Shown piece by piece: positions 47,178 to 56,374 of a stretch of DNA of 57,400 nucleotides (within the stretch, counting starts at the first letter, position 1; every line of letters starts with the position of its first letter). The position numbers and the translations under genes are program-made. The DNA is from a virus (taxonomy: Duplodnaviria; Caudoviricetes): positions 1 to 57,400 of the IMG/VR virus record IMGVR_UViG_3300017655_000002. One strand, given 5' to 3'. Below the pieces are notes generated by a model that was given only the letters and a program-made list of their open reading frames with translations, was not told the DNA's origin and searched no databases.

Positions 47178-47702
47178 ATGGATATGGCAAGCCAGCAGTT
47201 CGACGCTGAGGCAAGATATGCCCAGCTGGGCGAACGAGTTGACAACCAAGGGTCTCGGATCACTCATCTCGAGGCAACAGTGACCCGAGGTTTCTCAGAC
47301 GTTGCTCAACAGATCGCCGCGTTGGGTACCGACCTTCGAAACACCAGCAAAACTCCATGGCCAATCATCTGGTCGGCAATCGGCGTTTGTTTCACCGTGT
47401 TCTTTTCTTTGGCCGGCGCATTCTTTTGGCCAGTCAGGACGGGCATGGACGAGAACCGATTGGAGATCAGACGAGTGGCCAATGAGTCGCTCAGTGTGGC
47501 AGCCTTCGAGTCGTTCATGAAAAGCTACGAGCTCAATCGCCAATTGTTCCGCACAGACTACAAGGCGGACCTTCAGGACACACGCGAGCAGATTGCTCGA
47601 GTTCGTGACGACATGGTTAGCCGTCGCGAGCTTGAAGCGTTGCTGCGCTCGTTGGACTCTCAGATACAAGCAGCAACTCGGCGGGGGGTTACGCCACCCT
47701 AA
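47178..47702 (+). CDS. Membrane-anchored coiled-coil protein (lysis accessory candidate)
   Basis: AGGAG RBS; central TM WPIIWSAIGVCFTVFFSLAGAFFW. Confidence 0.6.
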   Translation: MDMASQQFDAEARYAQLGERVDNQGSRITHLEATVTRGFSDVAQQIAALGTDLRNTSKTPWPIIWSAIGVCFTVFFSLAGAFFWPVRTGMDENRLEIRRVANESLSVAAFESFMKSYELNRQLFRTDYKADLQDTREQIARVRDDMVSRRELEALLRSLDSQIQAATRRGVTPP

Positions 47703-47734
47703 GAAAAAGGACCTGCGCGGTAACGCAGGCCCTT
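47701..47734 (-). terminator. Intrinsic terminator of the replication operon
   Basis: Minus strand AAGGGCCTGCG-N6-CGCAGGTCCTT followed by TTTCTT. Confidence 0.75.
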
Positions 47735-47765
47735 CACATCTTGAGCAGAAAGTTCAACGCCTGGC

Positions 47766-48116
47766 TCAGGCGGCTTTCTTTCCCGACTTCTTCGCGCCCT
47801 TGCCTTCGGCCGCCTTCTTGGTGTCCTTGGCAGGGGCGTCCTTTTTGGTGGATGCCTTGGCCGGCTTTTCCTTGTCGGCGGCCTTTTCCTTCTTCGCCGT
47901 GATCTTCTCGATCACTGCCGACAGCTCGTCCTTGGTGTTCCAGCCGTAGGAACCATTCGACGCCTTGGCCACGCCGGCATTGCGCAGTTTGATGCGAACC
48001 GATGCGCCGTCGATGTCGAGCTTCTCGGCCAGGTCCTTGACGCCGTACTTGAACGTTTCGGCTGAGGCCTTCGTTTCAGTCTTTGCGGCCTTGCCGCCCT
48101 TTGCTTCCTTTGCCAT
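47766..48116 (-). CDS. Histone-like Lys/Ala-rich DNA-binding protein with HTH
   Basis: YGVKDLAEKLDIDGASVRIKLRN..GSYGW; K/A-rich tails; AAGGAG RBS. Confidence 0.8.
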   Translation of the reverse strand: MAKEAKGGKAAKTETKASAETFKYGVKDLAEKLDIDGASVRIKLRNAGVAKASNGSYGWNTKDELSAVIEKITAKKEKAADKEKPAKASTKKDAPAKDTKKAAEGKGAKKSGKKAA

Positions 48117-49521
48117 GTCGCTTCTCCTTGCGTTTCAATTCTTTCAAGACGTCCTCCGCGGACAGTCCCTTTTCCAATACAAGTTCGTACAAGTCACTGT
48201 CAATGGTATTTTCAGCCACAAGGGCATACAGCTTGTTCGCCTTCTTCTTGGAAATGTGGTCCATTCTGGATTTGGCTTGGTCGAAGTCTATCCACGAATG
48301 CGTCATCGAAGCTACGATTGCGTGGCTTGATTTCCACAAGTCAACCCCCACCCCACCTGTCCTAATCTGGACAATCACTGCATCAAGCTGAGCTTTTTGG
48401 AATTTTCTCCATATATCGGGTCTCAGCTTCTTCTTCGTCGCCCCGCTCACGGTAGCGATGTCGAACCCCTCCTCGATCAGTGTGGAAGAAATTCTCTCAA
48501 GCTCCGGTTCGAACACCGTAAAAATCACCACTGGCTTAGGTAGCTCGTCCATCAAATCGAGGATAGCCCGAAGCTTGGCGTTCCCTAGCCAGTGCAATTC
48601 CTCGTCATCGTCATAGACAAACCCATTCGCCATCTGGCGTTTTTTCATGATCGCCGTTATCTCGAGCGGCGCCATCACTCGAGCTCCTCCGCCTAGTCGA
48701 ACGACTCGGTCTTTCTCAAACTCGTCATACACTCGACGCTGACGCCCCACGATCTTGATGGGGTATCGTATGACGACGGGCTCAATAATCCCCACATCTC
48801 TTTTTCGCATACGCAGGCAGTAGGGCTTGATGAGCTCGACAAAATGCGGCCGCTTGCGCGGATTGAACTTGGCTCGACTTTTGAGCATCCTCGACAGCAG
48901 CAGCTTCGACCTCCACTCCGCTGAGCCATAGGGATACCGCTTGAGGTCGATCTTCCTCCACTCCATAAACTCGTCCTCGAAGTCCTCCCACCTGCTGTGG
49001 AGCAAACCCGGCACGAGGAACCGGAATTGAGCCCACAGGTCCTTCTCGGATTTGTCCATGGGCGTACCGGTGAGGATCAATCGCTTCGGCACATGCGCCA
49101 AACGAGCGCAGGAACGTGACTGGCGCGTGCCGCGGGATTTGATGCGGTGTGACTCGTCAATGATGGCGAACGTCAGCCAGCGAGCTCGCTTGAGCTTAGC
49201 GGCCAGGGTGTGCACCGTGTCGAAGTGAACCAGTAGCAGCTTGGGAAAGGGTAGCTTCTTGAATTGCTCCCAGTCATCGGTCACGTTGAGCCATGGCAAA
49301 TGCTGGGCAGTCTGATCGCGCCAGGTCGACTCTTTGTTATTGAGCAGGCAGACGAGCACGGCCGCGAGGTTTTCGCGAGGTAGCTGCTCGAGCACTCCCA
49401 TCGTTATGAACGTCTTGCCGGTCCGCTGCTCGAAGAACAGGGCGGATGCGTCTCGGTCCAGAACGAAGTCGACCGCTTCCTTCTGCTTTGGCCAGAGCAG
49501 TTCGAAGAACGGCAACGGCAT
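48076..49521 (-). CDS. SNF2-family helicase
   Basis: QRTGKT, IDESH, LTGTP, GGVGVDL, QAKSR. Confidence 0.9.
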   Translation of the reverse strand: MPLPFFELLWPKQKEAVDFVLDRDASALFFEQRTGKTFITMGVLEQLPRENLAAVLVCLLNNKESTWRDQTAQHLPWLNVTDDWEQFKKLPFPKLLLVHFDTVHTLAAKLKRARWLTFAIIDESHRIKSRGTRQSRSCARLAHVPKRLILTGTPMDKSEKDLWAQFRFLVPGLLHSRWEDFEDEFMEWRKIDLKRYPYGSAEWRSKLLLSRMLKSRAKFNPRKRPHFVELIKPYCLRMRKRDVGIIEPVVIRYPIKIVGRQRRVYDEFEKDRVVRLGGGARVMAPLEITAIMKKRQMANGFVYDDDEELHWLGNAKLRAILDLMDELPKPVVIFTVFEPELERISSTLIEEGFDIATVSGATKKKLRPDIWRKFQKAQLDAVIVQIRTGGVGVDLWKSSHAIVASMTHSWIDFDQAKSRMDHISKKKANKLYALVAENTIDSDLYELVLEKGLSAEDVLKELKRKEKRHGKGSKGRQGRKD

Positions 49522-49786
49522 GCTGTGGGTCAACGATTGCCTTAGCGATGCCGCCCGCCCTTCGTATATCCCACAGGACTTCGATTTGGATGTCTGAGAG
49601 CTCTCCGTCTTCTTCTTTGATCTCGAAGCCGAAGAAGATACCCTTGAGGCAGCCGAGGATGTCCGGGACGCCCGCCATCTGGAACGGCCCGCCATGGACC
49701 TTGAAGAACCATATCTCACGGCCGAATTCCTTCCTGAGTAACTTCTGGAGTTTTTGCTGTCTGCGTGTCTCGCGTTTCTTGGCCAT
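49337..49786 (-). CDS. VRR-NUC nuclease (Holliday junction resolvase-like)
   Basis: KVHGG..Q.AGVPDI, FEIK, LS.IQ, I..AGG. Confidence 0.85.
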   Translation of the reverse strand: MAKKRETRRQQKLQKLLRKEFGREIWFFKVHGGPFQMAGVPDILGCLKGIFFGFEIKEEDGELSDIQIEVLWDIRRAGGIAKAIVDPQHAVAVLRTALAKAEGSGRLRSGPRRIRPVLRAADRQDVHNDGSARAATSRKPRGRARLPAQ

Positions 49787-49787
49787 G

Positions 49788-49985
49788 TCATCGGTCCCTA
49801 TGGGGTGTGGCGAGATAACACCCACAGGATACGGTGCGACTCTGGCACCTGTCTGAGACGTTGTCTGCTCGGATGACCTTCTCTCGACCGCAGTCGCATC
49901 GATACAGGTTGTACGCCCTTCCTGCTTTATCCCTGTGGTCCAGTCGGATGTATGTCAGGAAAAATCGTTTGGTGACCGTTGCCAT
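49788..49985 (-). CDS. Small Zn-binding protein resembling the N-terminal domain of phage HNH endonucleases
   Basis: AGGAGG RBS; YRCDCG...SCGC. Confidence 0.6.
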   Translation of the reverse strand: MATVTKRFFLTYIRLDHRDKAGRAYNLYRCDCGREKVIRADNVSDRCQSRTVSCGCYLATPHRDR

Positions 49986-49998
49986 ATTTCCTCCTACT

Positions 49999-50036
49999 AA
50001 AAAGCGTTGGCGCAGCTTGGTAGCTAACGCCAACGC
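49999..50036 (-). terminator. Intrinsic terminator after ssb
   Basis: GCGTTGGCG/CGCCAACGC stem followed by T tract on minus strand. Confidence 0.7.
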
Positions 50037-50059
50037 CTTCTGTAACCGAAGACGGGGGG

Positions 50060-51118
50060 TTAGTCTTCGATCAAGCCTTCAGCTTCCAGCGCGTCGATGA
50101 CGGCGTTCTGCTTCTTGCGGAGCGTCTTGAACTTGTCGAGGTCGACATCGAGCTTGTGATCTTCGACCACTTCCTCGAGCTGTTCTTCGCTCATTTCCTG
50201 GATGGCGTCCTCAGAGAAGCCTTCCTTCGACTTCTTCTTGGACCCACCGCGAGACGAACCCTTCTTGCCCTTTCCCTTGGGCTCTTCCGGTTCGTCGGCG
50301 CCGAGTTCGATGTCGAGCTCTTCAGCCGCCGAGGTCACGTCGTCGGCATCGAGTTCGCCGAGTGCATCGCGCAGCTCGTCTTCGTCCATCTTGGCGTAGC
50401 CCTTGACCTTGAGCTTCTTGGCGAGCTTCTTCAGGTCGTCTTCATCGACGTCCGACAGGTCGAGGTCGTCCCCCGAGCCTTCGTCATCGCCGCCGGCATC
50501 GTCCAGGTCGATCTTCAGCTTCTTGGCCGCTGCGCGGATGTCATCTTCACCTTCTTCGAGGATGGCTTCGCGAAGCTGATCTTCATCCTTGCGACGGATG
50601 TTGATGCCGAGCGCCTTGGCCAGCTTCTTGAGGTCCGCCTCGTCCAGGCCGTCGAGCTCGAGTTCCGGCTCATCCTTCTTGGACGACTTCTTGCTGCCCT
50701 TGCCCGACGACTTGGACGACTTCCCGGAGTCCTCGACCGGGTAGAAGTCATCGACCTTGATCGACTTGCCGCCTTCATAGCGATCTTCGTAGGTCTCGCC
50801 CATGACTTCGAGACCGATCAGGTCTGCGGTATCGATATCGGTGTCGCCGTCCTCGCTGATCTCGTAGCCCATGGCCTCGAGCATCATACGAGTGCGGCCG
50901 AGGGCCTTCGGCGACATGGAAGCATTGTGGTAGATGGAGCTGTTCTCGTACTCATCCACGCCACGGAATTCGATGGCAAGATAATCGCCGGCTTGACCTT
51001 CGTTCCAGGTAGCATCCTTGACGACGAGATGATAGGCCTGCTCTTTCTCGAATACCTTACCGGCGCTCGAGAAATCGACTGAGCGTTTCGTGGACTTTGC
51101 TTTGCGGCTACGCGCCAT
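50060..51118 (-). CDS. Putative ssDNA-binding protein (DUF669-like OB fold) with acidic helical repeats
   Basis: VDFS, SMSPKAL, D..DLIG N-terminal pattern; follows AAA recombinase; three L..MDE..LKKLAK-type repeats. Confidence 0.65.
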   Translation of the reverse strand: MARSRKAKSTKRSVDFSSAGKVFEKEQAYHLVVKDATWNEGQAGDYLAIEFRGVDEYENSSIYHNASMSPKALGRTRMMLEAMGYEISEDGDTDIDTADLIGLEVMGETYEDRYEGGKSIKVDDFYPVEDSGKSSKSSGKGSKKSSKKDEPELELDGLDEADLKKLAKALGINIRRKDEDQLREAILEEGEDDIRAAAKKLKIDLDDAGGDDEGSGDDLDLSDVDEDDLKKLAKKLKVKGYAKMDEDELRDALGELDADDVTSAAEELDIELGADEPEEPKGKGKKGSSRGGSKKKSKEGFSEDAIQEMSEEQLEEVVEDHKLDVDLDKFKTLRKKQNAVIDALEAEGLIED

Positions 51119-51120
51119 TG

Positions 51121-51942
51121 TCATTCTCCTTGAATGATTTCGATAATGTCTTCATAGGTCGGGTCCTCGATAACATCCATGACTTCGATGTCTCGGGGCT
51201 TCCTCACCTTGCGAATGTAAAGCTCGCTCGGGCCTATGCCCAAGCAATATACCAGTCGGCGTTTCTCGACAACCTTTCCTTTCTCACCTTTTGTTTTTCG
51301 GACTTTGCGCCGGATGAACGTGTTGCCGACCACGTGCATTGCCGATGCCAAGTAAGCGGCGGTGGCCGGTGACAGGCTCGGGCCCACTTCCGGTTGGAAT
51401 TCGACTTCCTCGTCCTCGCCGACATTGAACACACGCTGCTGAGCGAGGAAGACGACATTGATTGGCAGATCGCGGAAGTTGACGATATGCTTCTTCATCT
51501 TGCTGGACACGGTGCCCCAGTCCTGCTTAGTCATCGTACCCCAGTCGCCCGGGTTCTTGTCTGCGAACTTCTTGTTCTTCTTGCCGCGAGCCTCGGACAG
51601 TTCCTCGATGATGATCTGCTGGAGCTGCGTCACCGTGTCAATGATGACTGTGGCGAACTTGCCTTTCCAGGCGCCAGACTTCAGCTCCCAGTAGATGTCC
51701 TCCAGTTCCTCCTCGCTAGTGACATCCACCACCTCGAGGTTTTTGACATCCGCCACGGAGTCATCCCCGCGGTCATTCATGTCGATGAGCAGGATCGGGC
51801 CGGGGAACGTACCAGCCAGTGTGGTCTTGCCGGTACCCGCCGGCCCGTAGATCGCATAGGCGCGAGCATCGGTCAGAGTGCCGGGCTTCCTCGTCCTGAT
51901 CTTGCTGGTCTTAGTCGACCGCATCGGGGATTTCGATTTCAT
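51121..51942 (-). CDS. AAA-family (Sak4-like) ATPase/annealing protein
   Basis: IYGPAGTGKTT, TVIIDTVT.LQ, QDWG, NVVFLA. Confidence 0.85.
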   Translation of the reverse strand: MKSKSPMRSTKTSKIRTRKPGTLTDARAYAIYGPAGTGKTTLAGTFPGPILLIDMNDRGDDSVADVKNLEVVDVTSEEELEDIYWELKSGAWKGKFATVIIDTVTQLQQIIIEELSEARGKKNKKFADKNPGDWGTMTKQDWGTVSSKMKKHIVNFRDLPINVVFLAQQRVFNVGEDEEVEFQPEVGPSLSPATAAYLASAMHVVGNTFIRRKVRKTKGEKGKVVEKRRLVYCLGIGPSELYIRKVRKPRDIEVMDVIEDPTYEDIIEIIQGE

Positions 51943-52942
51943 GGGACTTCTCCTTGGTGTAGAAACGCTGCCGGACGTAGTCCACGTCCAACCCTTGCAA
52001 CTCAGCTCGGCACAGGTCCTGGAAATCGCACCAGGAGCAATGCCGCTCGATGTTCTTGTCTTTAACCTTTCCGTGTTTATCCATCATTTCTCGAGCGGTC
52101 GTAATGAAGTCACTCATGACGTTCTCCACCACGTCGTCATTCACCGGAGTGTAGACCCGGTCAAAATACTTGGGGTAGTTCGTTTCGGCAACTCGATCAA
52201 TGAACGCCTGGTACTTCTTGGGGTTGATTTTCTCTCCTCGAAGCAATTCGATGATGCGACCCGGTAGGGTATCAATCATCTTCTGGCTCATCGAGCCATC
52301 CTGCAACACACCCGGCACCTGTGGAGGCTTGCTCCAGATGTAGTCCCAGCACATGCCATCCACAGGGGACCAATCGAGGATGTCATTAACGCGGATGTAG
52401 ATCACCGACTGCAGGTTGCGCCAACGCTCGTCATCTGAGGGCTTGCGGTTGAACGTCTTGTGCTCGCCGATCCAGCGATACCTTTTGCCCCGATCTTTCG
52501 TGATGCCCTTGAAGTCGATTTTGCCAGTGACGTTGATGTCTTTAACAATCTCGATGTTGAACACATGCTCGGCGGACTTGCCGTTGATGCGTTCATACGC
52601 CATCGACTTTTCGCCCCAGTACTCGAAGTAACCCAACATGATGGCGCGGACATCATCCAGGATTTCGCCGTACATCTCACGTTCGGCCTTGAACATCTTC
52701 GAGTTGGCCTTATAGACATCGGCCAGCATCTTCTCCCAGTCGTTACCCTCGGCCCAGTGATCGAGCACCGCATGGGCCAGCGTGCCGAACGTCAACGGTC
52801 GAGACTTGACCTTCTTGCGCAGCTTCTCGACGTACTTGAGATGGTAAGCGTAATGGCATCGCCGGTACGTCTTCACCTTCGAGTTGGACACATTGAACAG
52901 GCCCTCGACGCCTGTCTCGATCTTCTTCGCTTTCTTAGCCAT
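51911..52942 (-). CDS. PD-(D/E)XK Cas4/RecB-like exonuclease
   Basis: S.S...Y.RC, FGT.AH, GKID...EHKT, HCSWCDFQDLC. Confidence 0.85.
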   Translation of the reverse strand: MAKKAKKIETGVEGLFNVSNSKVKTYRRCHYAYHLKYVEKLRKKVKSRPLTFGTLAHAVLDHWAEGNDWEKMLADVYKANSKMFKAEREMYGEILDDVRAIMLGYFEYWGEKSMAYERINGKSAEHVFNIEIVKDINVTGKIDFKGITKDRGKRYRWIGEHKTFNRKPSDDERWRNLQSVIYIRVNDILDWSPVDGMCWDYIWSKPPQVPGVLQDGSMSQKMIDTLPGRIIELLRGEKINPKKYQAFIDRVAETNYPKYFDRVYTPVNDDVVENVMSDFITTAREMMDKHGKVKDKNIERHCSWCDFQDLCRAELQGLDVDYVRQRFYTKEKSHEIEIPDAVD

Positions 52943-52944
52943 TG

Positions 52945-53160
52945 TCAGACCCTCTCGAACCGGCCGTCCATGAACTCACACTCAGGGCGGACCCAGACAG
53001 TGCCATCCTCGGCGCGATAGACGACTATGTCCTCATAATCCCGGTAGCCCAAAGAGTCAAGGTCGTGGTCAATTTGCATCCGACCCCTGTGGAGAACTTC
53101 GTAGGTGCCTCCACGTTTCTTGTGACGCCACAACTCACGCGGCTTGTTTTCGTCTGTCAT
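52945..53160 (-). CDS. DUF1653-like protein
   Basis: WRH.K.GGTYEV, VVYRA, WVRP..EF..GRF. Confidence 0.8.
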   Translation of the reverse strand: MTDENKPRELWRHKKRGGTYEVLHRGRMQIDHDLDSLGYRDYEDIVVYRAEDGTVWVRPECEFMDGRFERV

Positions 53161-55624
53161 CTTTCCACACCTTCTGCTTGATGTTGCTGTTTGCGGCTTC
53201 CCACTTTGCGTAGCTTACGCCGGCACCCCAAGGACCGATGTTGGCATCCGCTTCTATCGGAACATCCAGTACAATGTCAAACACCTCGAACAACTCGGGG
53301 CCCGACATGATTTCCAGTAGACGATCATGGACCTGCTTGCAGTACTCCTCCTTCACCATGACCAAGATAGCATCGTGCACCGTGCCGACAACGCGAACGA
53401 TCTCTCGCGGGAACTCCCGGCACAGCTGAAGCAAGGCCATGAGGTTGATGTCATTCGCGAACGACTGCACGGGAGAGTTGATCGACTGACGTTCCGCTTC
53501 ACGACGTTGCGGGGTATCGAATGGCGAACGAGCTGCGGGCAGACGACGCTTACGGCCTGCAAGCGAAGGGACAAACCCATGCTTGCGAGCGTAGGACTTC
53601 TGACGCTTGTGCCAATCGGTAAAGTCGGAGTACAGGTCAAAGAAGGCTTCACGCGATGCCTGAGCTTCCTGGTCCGTAACGCTCACCCCATAGTTATCGC
53701 GGGCATACAGCTTGAACTTCTTCCACCACATGCCATACAGATATCCGAAGTTGATGGCCTTGGCCTTCTTCCTGAGCTCCTTCCATTCCTTGTAGATATC
53801 CTGAGCAGCGTCAGGTCCCGCCTTGAGCAATGCCTCGATGGCCTGATTGTAGTTGAGCTTGTTCTTGCCAGTCAGCCTCAGCGCGGTGGACATGACCGTT
53901 TCGCGTTGCGCGTGGGATCGCTCCAGCTCGCGCAGCAACGTCAGCCAGTGAACGTCTATGCCGGTCTTAAAGGCATGGATCATCGCGGACTCGCCAGCGA
54001 GCTCAGCGGCGATGCGCAGCTCGATCTGAGACAAGTCTGCATCGATCAGTACCCAACCCTTTGGTGCGGTGATGAGCGTGCGGATACGAGGGTCACGCGG
54101 TACCTGCTGCAGGTTCGGGTTCTCACACGACAGTCGGCCAGTGACAGTCCCGTGCAGCTTAAAGCTCGGATGCAGGAACCAGTAAACGTCTCCTTCCCAT
54201 TCCTTCTTGGTGAGATACGGCTTCCACCCGTCGATAAAGAACGACAGCTGCTGCTTGGCCTCGCGGAACTTGAGCAATGCCCCCGCGCAGGGATGGTCGA
54301 TGCGCTTGATGACTGACTCCGAGCAAGATGCGTTGCCCGCGTCGGTCTTGTCGAGGACTGGAAGTCCCAGCCCCCAGTCGCATTGGATTTCTCCTTCCTT
54401 GGCATTCTTCTTACCGAACAGCAGCTTAGCCAGTTGTTGCGTCGAGCCCCAGTTGAACTTGACGGGCTTGCCTCGCTTGTCCTTCAGTCCTGTGGGTTCA
54501 TATTGCTTGAGGTCCTTGAGCGCCTGGTTGTACTGACCTCGAAGAACGCGCTCAGCTTCTTTGAACTGCTTGGTGTTGATGCAGACGCCCGCATACTCAA
54601 TATCCACAAACAGGTTGGCACAAGGCAGAAGGATGTGCTCGTAAACGAGCTTGACCTCTTGGTCTTCGCGCAACATGCGGGCGAGGACGAACCTCAGCTC
54701 GCGAGTATAATAAAGGTCGTGGGCGTGATACTTGCCCAGCTTAAGCAACGGGGCTGCGCCCTTCTTTTCTTCCTTGTCGATTTCCCAGTCGACTGCGCCA
54801 CACAGCTTCATGGCCAAGTACTTGAGGCCATGCAGCGAGTTCTCGTCGAGGATATAGTGAGCCAGCATCGTGTCGAAACCGATTTCCCACTCGACATCGA
54901 AATGCTGCCGCATCCAGAGCATATCGAACTTGCCGTTATGCGTGACGATGAAGCAATCCTCCAAGACGTAGGAGAGCTCTTCAATCATCATGTCCAGCTC
55001 ACAACGGGACCATGGGGACTCGTAGTGGCGAATGGGCAAAATCCATTGGGCCCGCTTGGTACCGAAACCAATGGTCGTGATCTTCGCCCCTTTGGCGAAA
55101 GGATACAGTCCTGTAGTTTCAATGTCGAAAGACACAGTGCCGCGCAAATCGCGAAGCATCTCCTCGAATGACTTGCGGTCGATGACATATCGGATGTTCA
55201 GCTCACGCTCTTCAGGGATGCCTCCGAAGTCGATGATCTCTTTGAGCGTCTTGACATCACGCTCGAGGATTTCGGCATTCCCATCGTCATAAGCCGCAAA
55301 AGCCGGACTAAAGCCCGGCAGGTAGATTACGCCATTTTGTTCGACGGGCCTGCCTCGTCGCTTGGTGATGCCCGCATGTCCCGTCACTGCTTGCAAAGGA
55401 GTGTTTCCCAGGAGCATGACGTACTTGCACCTGCGCTTCTTTACCTCGGAGGCGATCTGATCGCCGAACAGCTTGAGGTCGCCTTTGCCGAATTTCTTCT
55501 TGCCCTCGACTGCCGGAAGATAGAAGACATCATGGTCCTCCACTCCGGCATTGTCGATGGCGTCACTGAGCAATTGCTTCGCAGGCCCGAATGAGTTTTC
55601 ACTGACGAATAAGACTTTGCTCAC
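53135..55624 (-). CDS. polA: Family A DNA polymerase with UDG-like N-terminus and 3'-5' exonuclease
   Basis: FDIETTGL, HNGKFD, GTVTGRLSCENPNLQQ, DLSQIELR, R..AKAINFG.LYG, TVHDA. Confidence 0.95.
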   Translation of the reverse strand: MSKVLFVSENSFGPAKQLLSDAIDNAGVEDHDVFYLPAVEGKKKFGKGDLKLFGDQIASEVKKRRCKYVMLLGNTPLQAVTGHAGITKRRGRPVEQNGVIYLPGFSPAFAAYDDGNAEILERDVKTLKEIIDFGGIPEERELNIRYVIDRKSFEEMLRDLRGTVSFDIETTGLYPFAKGAKITTIGFGTKRAQWILPIRHYESPWSRCELDMMIEELSYVLEDCFIVTHNGKFDMLWMRQHFDVEWEIGFDTMLAHYILDENSLHGLKYLAMKLCGAVDWEIDKEEKKGAAPLLKLGKYHAHDLYYTRELRFVLARMLREDQEVKLVYEHILLPCANLFVDIEYAGVCINTKQFKEAERVLRGQYNQALKDLKQYEPTGLKDKRGKPVKFNWGSTQQLAKLLFGKKNAKEGEIQCDWGLGLPVLDKTDAGNASCSESVIKRIDHPCAGALLKFREAKQQLSFFIDGWKPYLTKKEWEGDVYWFLHPSFKLHGTVTGRLSCENPNLQQVPRDPRIRTLITAPKGWVLIDADLSQIELRIAAELAGESAMIHAFKTGIDVHWLTLLRELERSHAQRETVMSTALRLTGKNKLNYNQAIEALLKAGPDAAQDIYKEWKELRKKAKAINFGYLYGMWWKKFKLYARDNYGVSVTDQEAQASREAFFDLYSDFTDWHKRQKSYARKHGFVPSLAGRKRRLPAARSPFDTPQRREAERQSINSPVQSFANDINLMALLQLCREFPREIVRVVGTVHDAILVMVKEEYCKQVHDRLLEIMSGPELFEVFDIVLDVPIEADANIGPWGAGVSYAKWEAANSNIKQKVWKDDRRKQAA

Positions 55625-56078
55625 TCACGATCTCCTTGAATTGCCAATTCACCACATACCCCGAAGGCATGACCTGATAAGAGTCAATGCCCTGCGTGAG
55701 TAGCCAGTCCAAGCTTTCTGTTATGCGATACGGTCTAGCGAAGAACACTCGACCGATGCCCCCGTGCGAGGCGATGAGGTTGGCGCACTCCTGACATGGA
55801 CTGTCGGTGCAGTACAGGTCAAGTGAGCGTAGGGAGTGCGGAGCCTCAAGACGGTTGATCGCGTTGCGCTCGGCATGCGTCGTCTCCTTGCACGAGAAGC
55901 GGCCCGGGCAAGCAGACCCCTGGCAATGATCGCGACCAGCCGGCCGGCCGTTGTATCCCATAGAGAGGACATTGTTATTCCCGACGATGATGGCCCCCAC
56001 GTTAAGGCGGAAGCAGGTTGACCGTTTGGAGACCACATGAGCCATCTCCATGAACATGGCTTGCCGGCTGATCCTCAT
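55599..56078 (-). CDS. dCMP deaminase
   Basis: RSTC...VGA, GYNG, HAERNA, SPCQEC. Confidence 0.9.
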   Translation of the reverse strand: MRISRQAMFMEMAHVVSKRSTCFRLNVGAIIVGNNNVLSMGYNGRPAGRDHCQGSACPGRFSCKETTHAERNAINRLEAPHSLRSLDLYCTDSPCQECANLIASHGGIGRVFFARPYRITESLDWLLTQGIDSYQVMPSGYVVNWQFKEIVSEQSLIRQ

Positions 56079-56374
56079 GTGGCAGACCCCGGCTTCGGCC
56101 TGCCGAGCATCGCCCGAGCTTTGTTGATGGCGTTGGTCATGTCGTGCTCGAGCCATGCGCTGACACGCGACACCGAGTAGTGACGTCCTCCGGGCAGAGC
56201 CTCCCAAGCATCGATCAGCTCATTGAGCATGTCCTCAGCCTTGGTCAAACGGATGAGCGTCTCCGACGAAAGCTCGAGACATCCACCGTTAAGATGGATG
56301 GCCTCAAGCTCCTCGTCTGTGGAAGGTGTGAGGATTTGCAGGCCCTCACTGTCCCAGAAGTGTTGCTGTGTCAC
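56075..56374 (-). CDS. Hypothetical protein
   Basis: Coupled at both ends; AGGAG RBS. Confidence 0.65.
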   Translation of the reverse strand: MTQQHFWDSEGLQILTPSTDEELEAIHLNGGCLELSSETLIRLTKAEDMLNELIDAWEALPGGRHYSVSRVSAWLEHDMTNAINKARAMLGRPKPGSAT

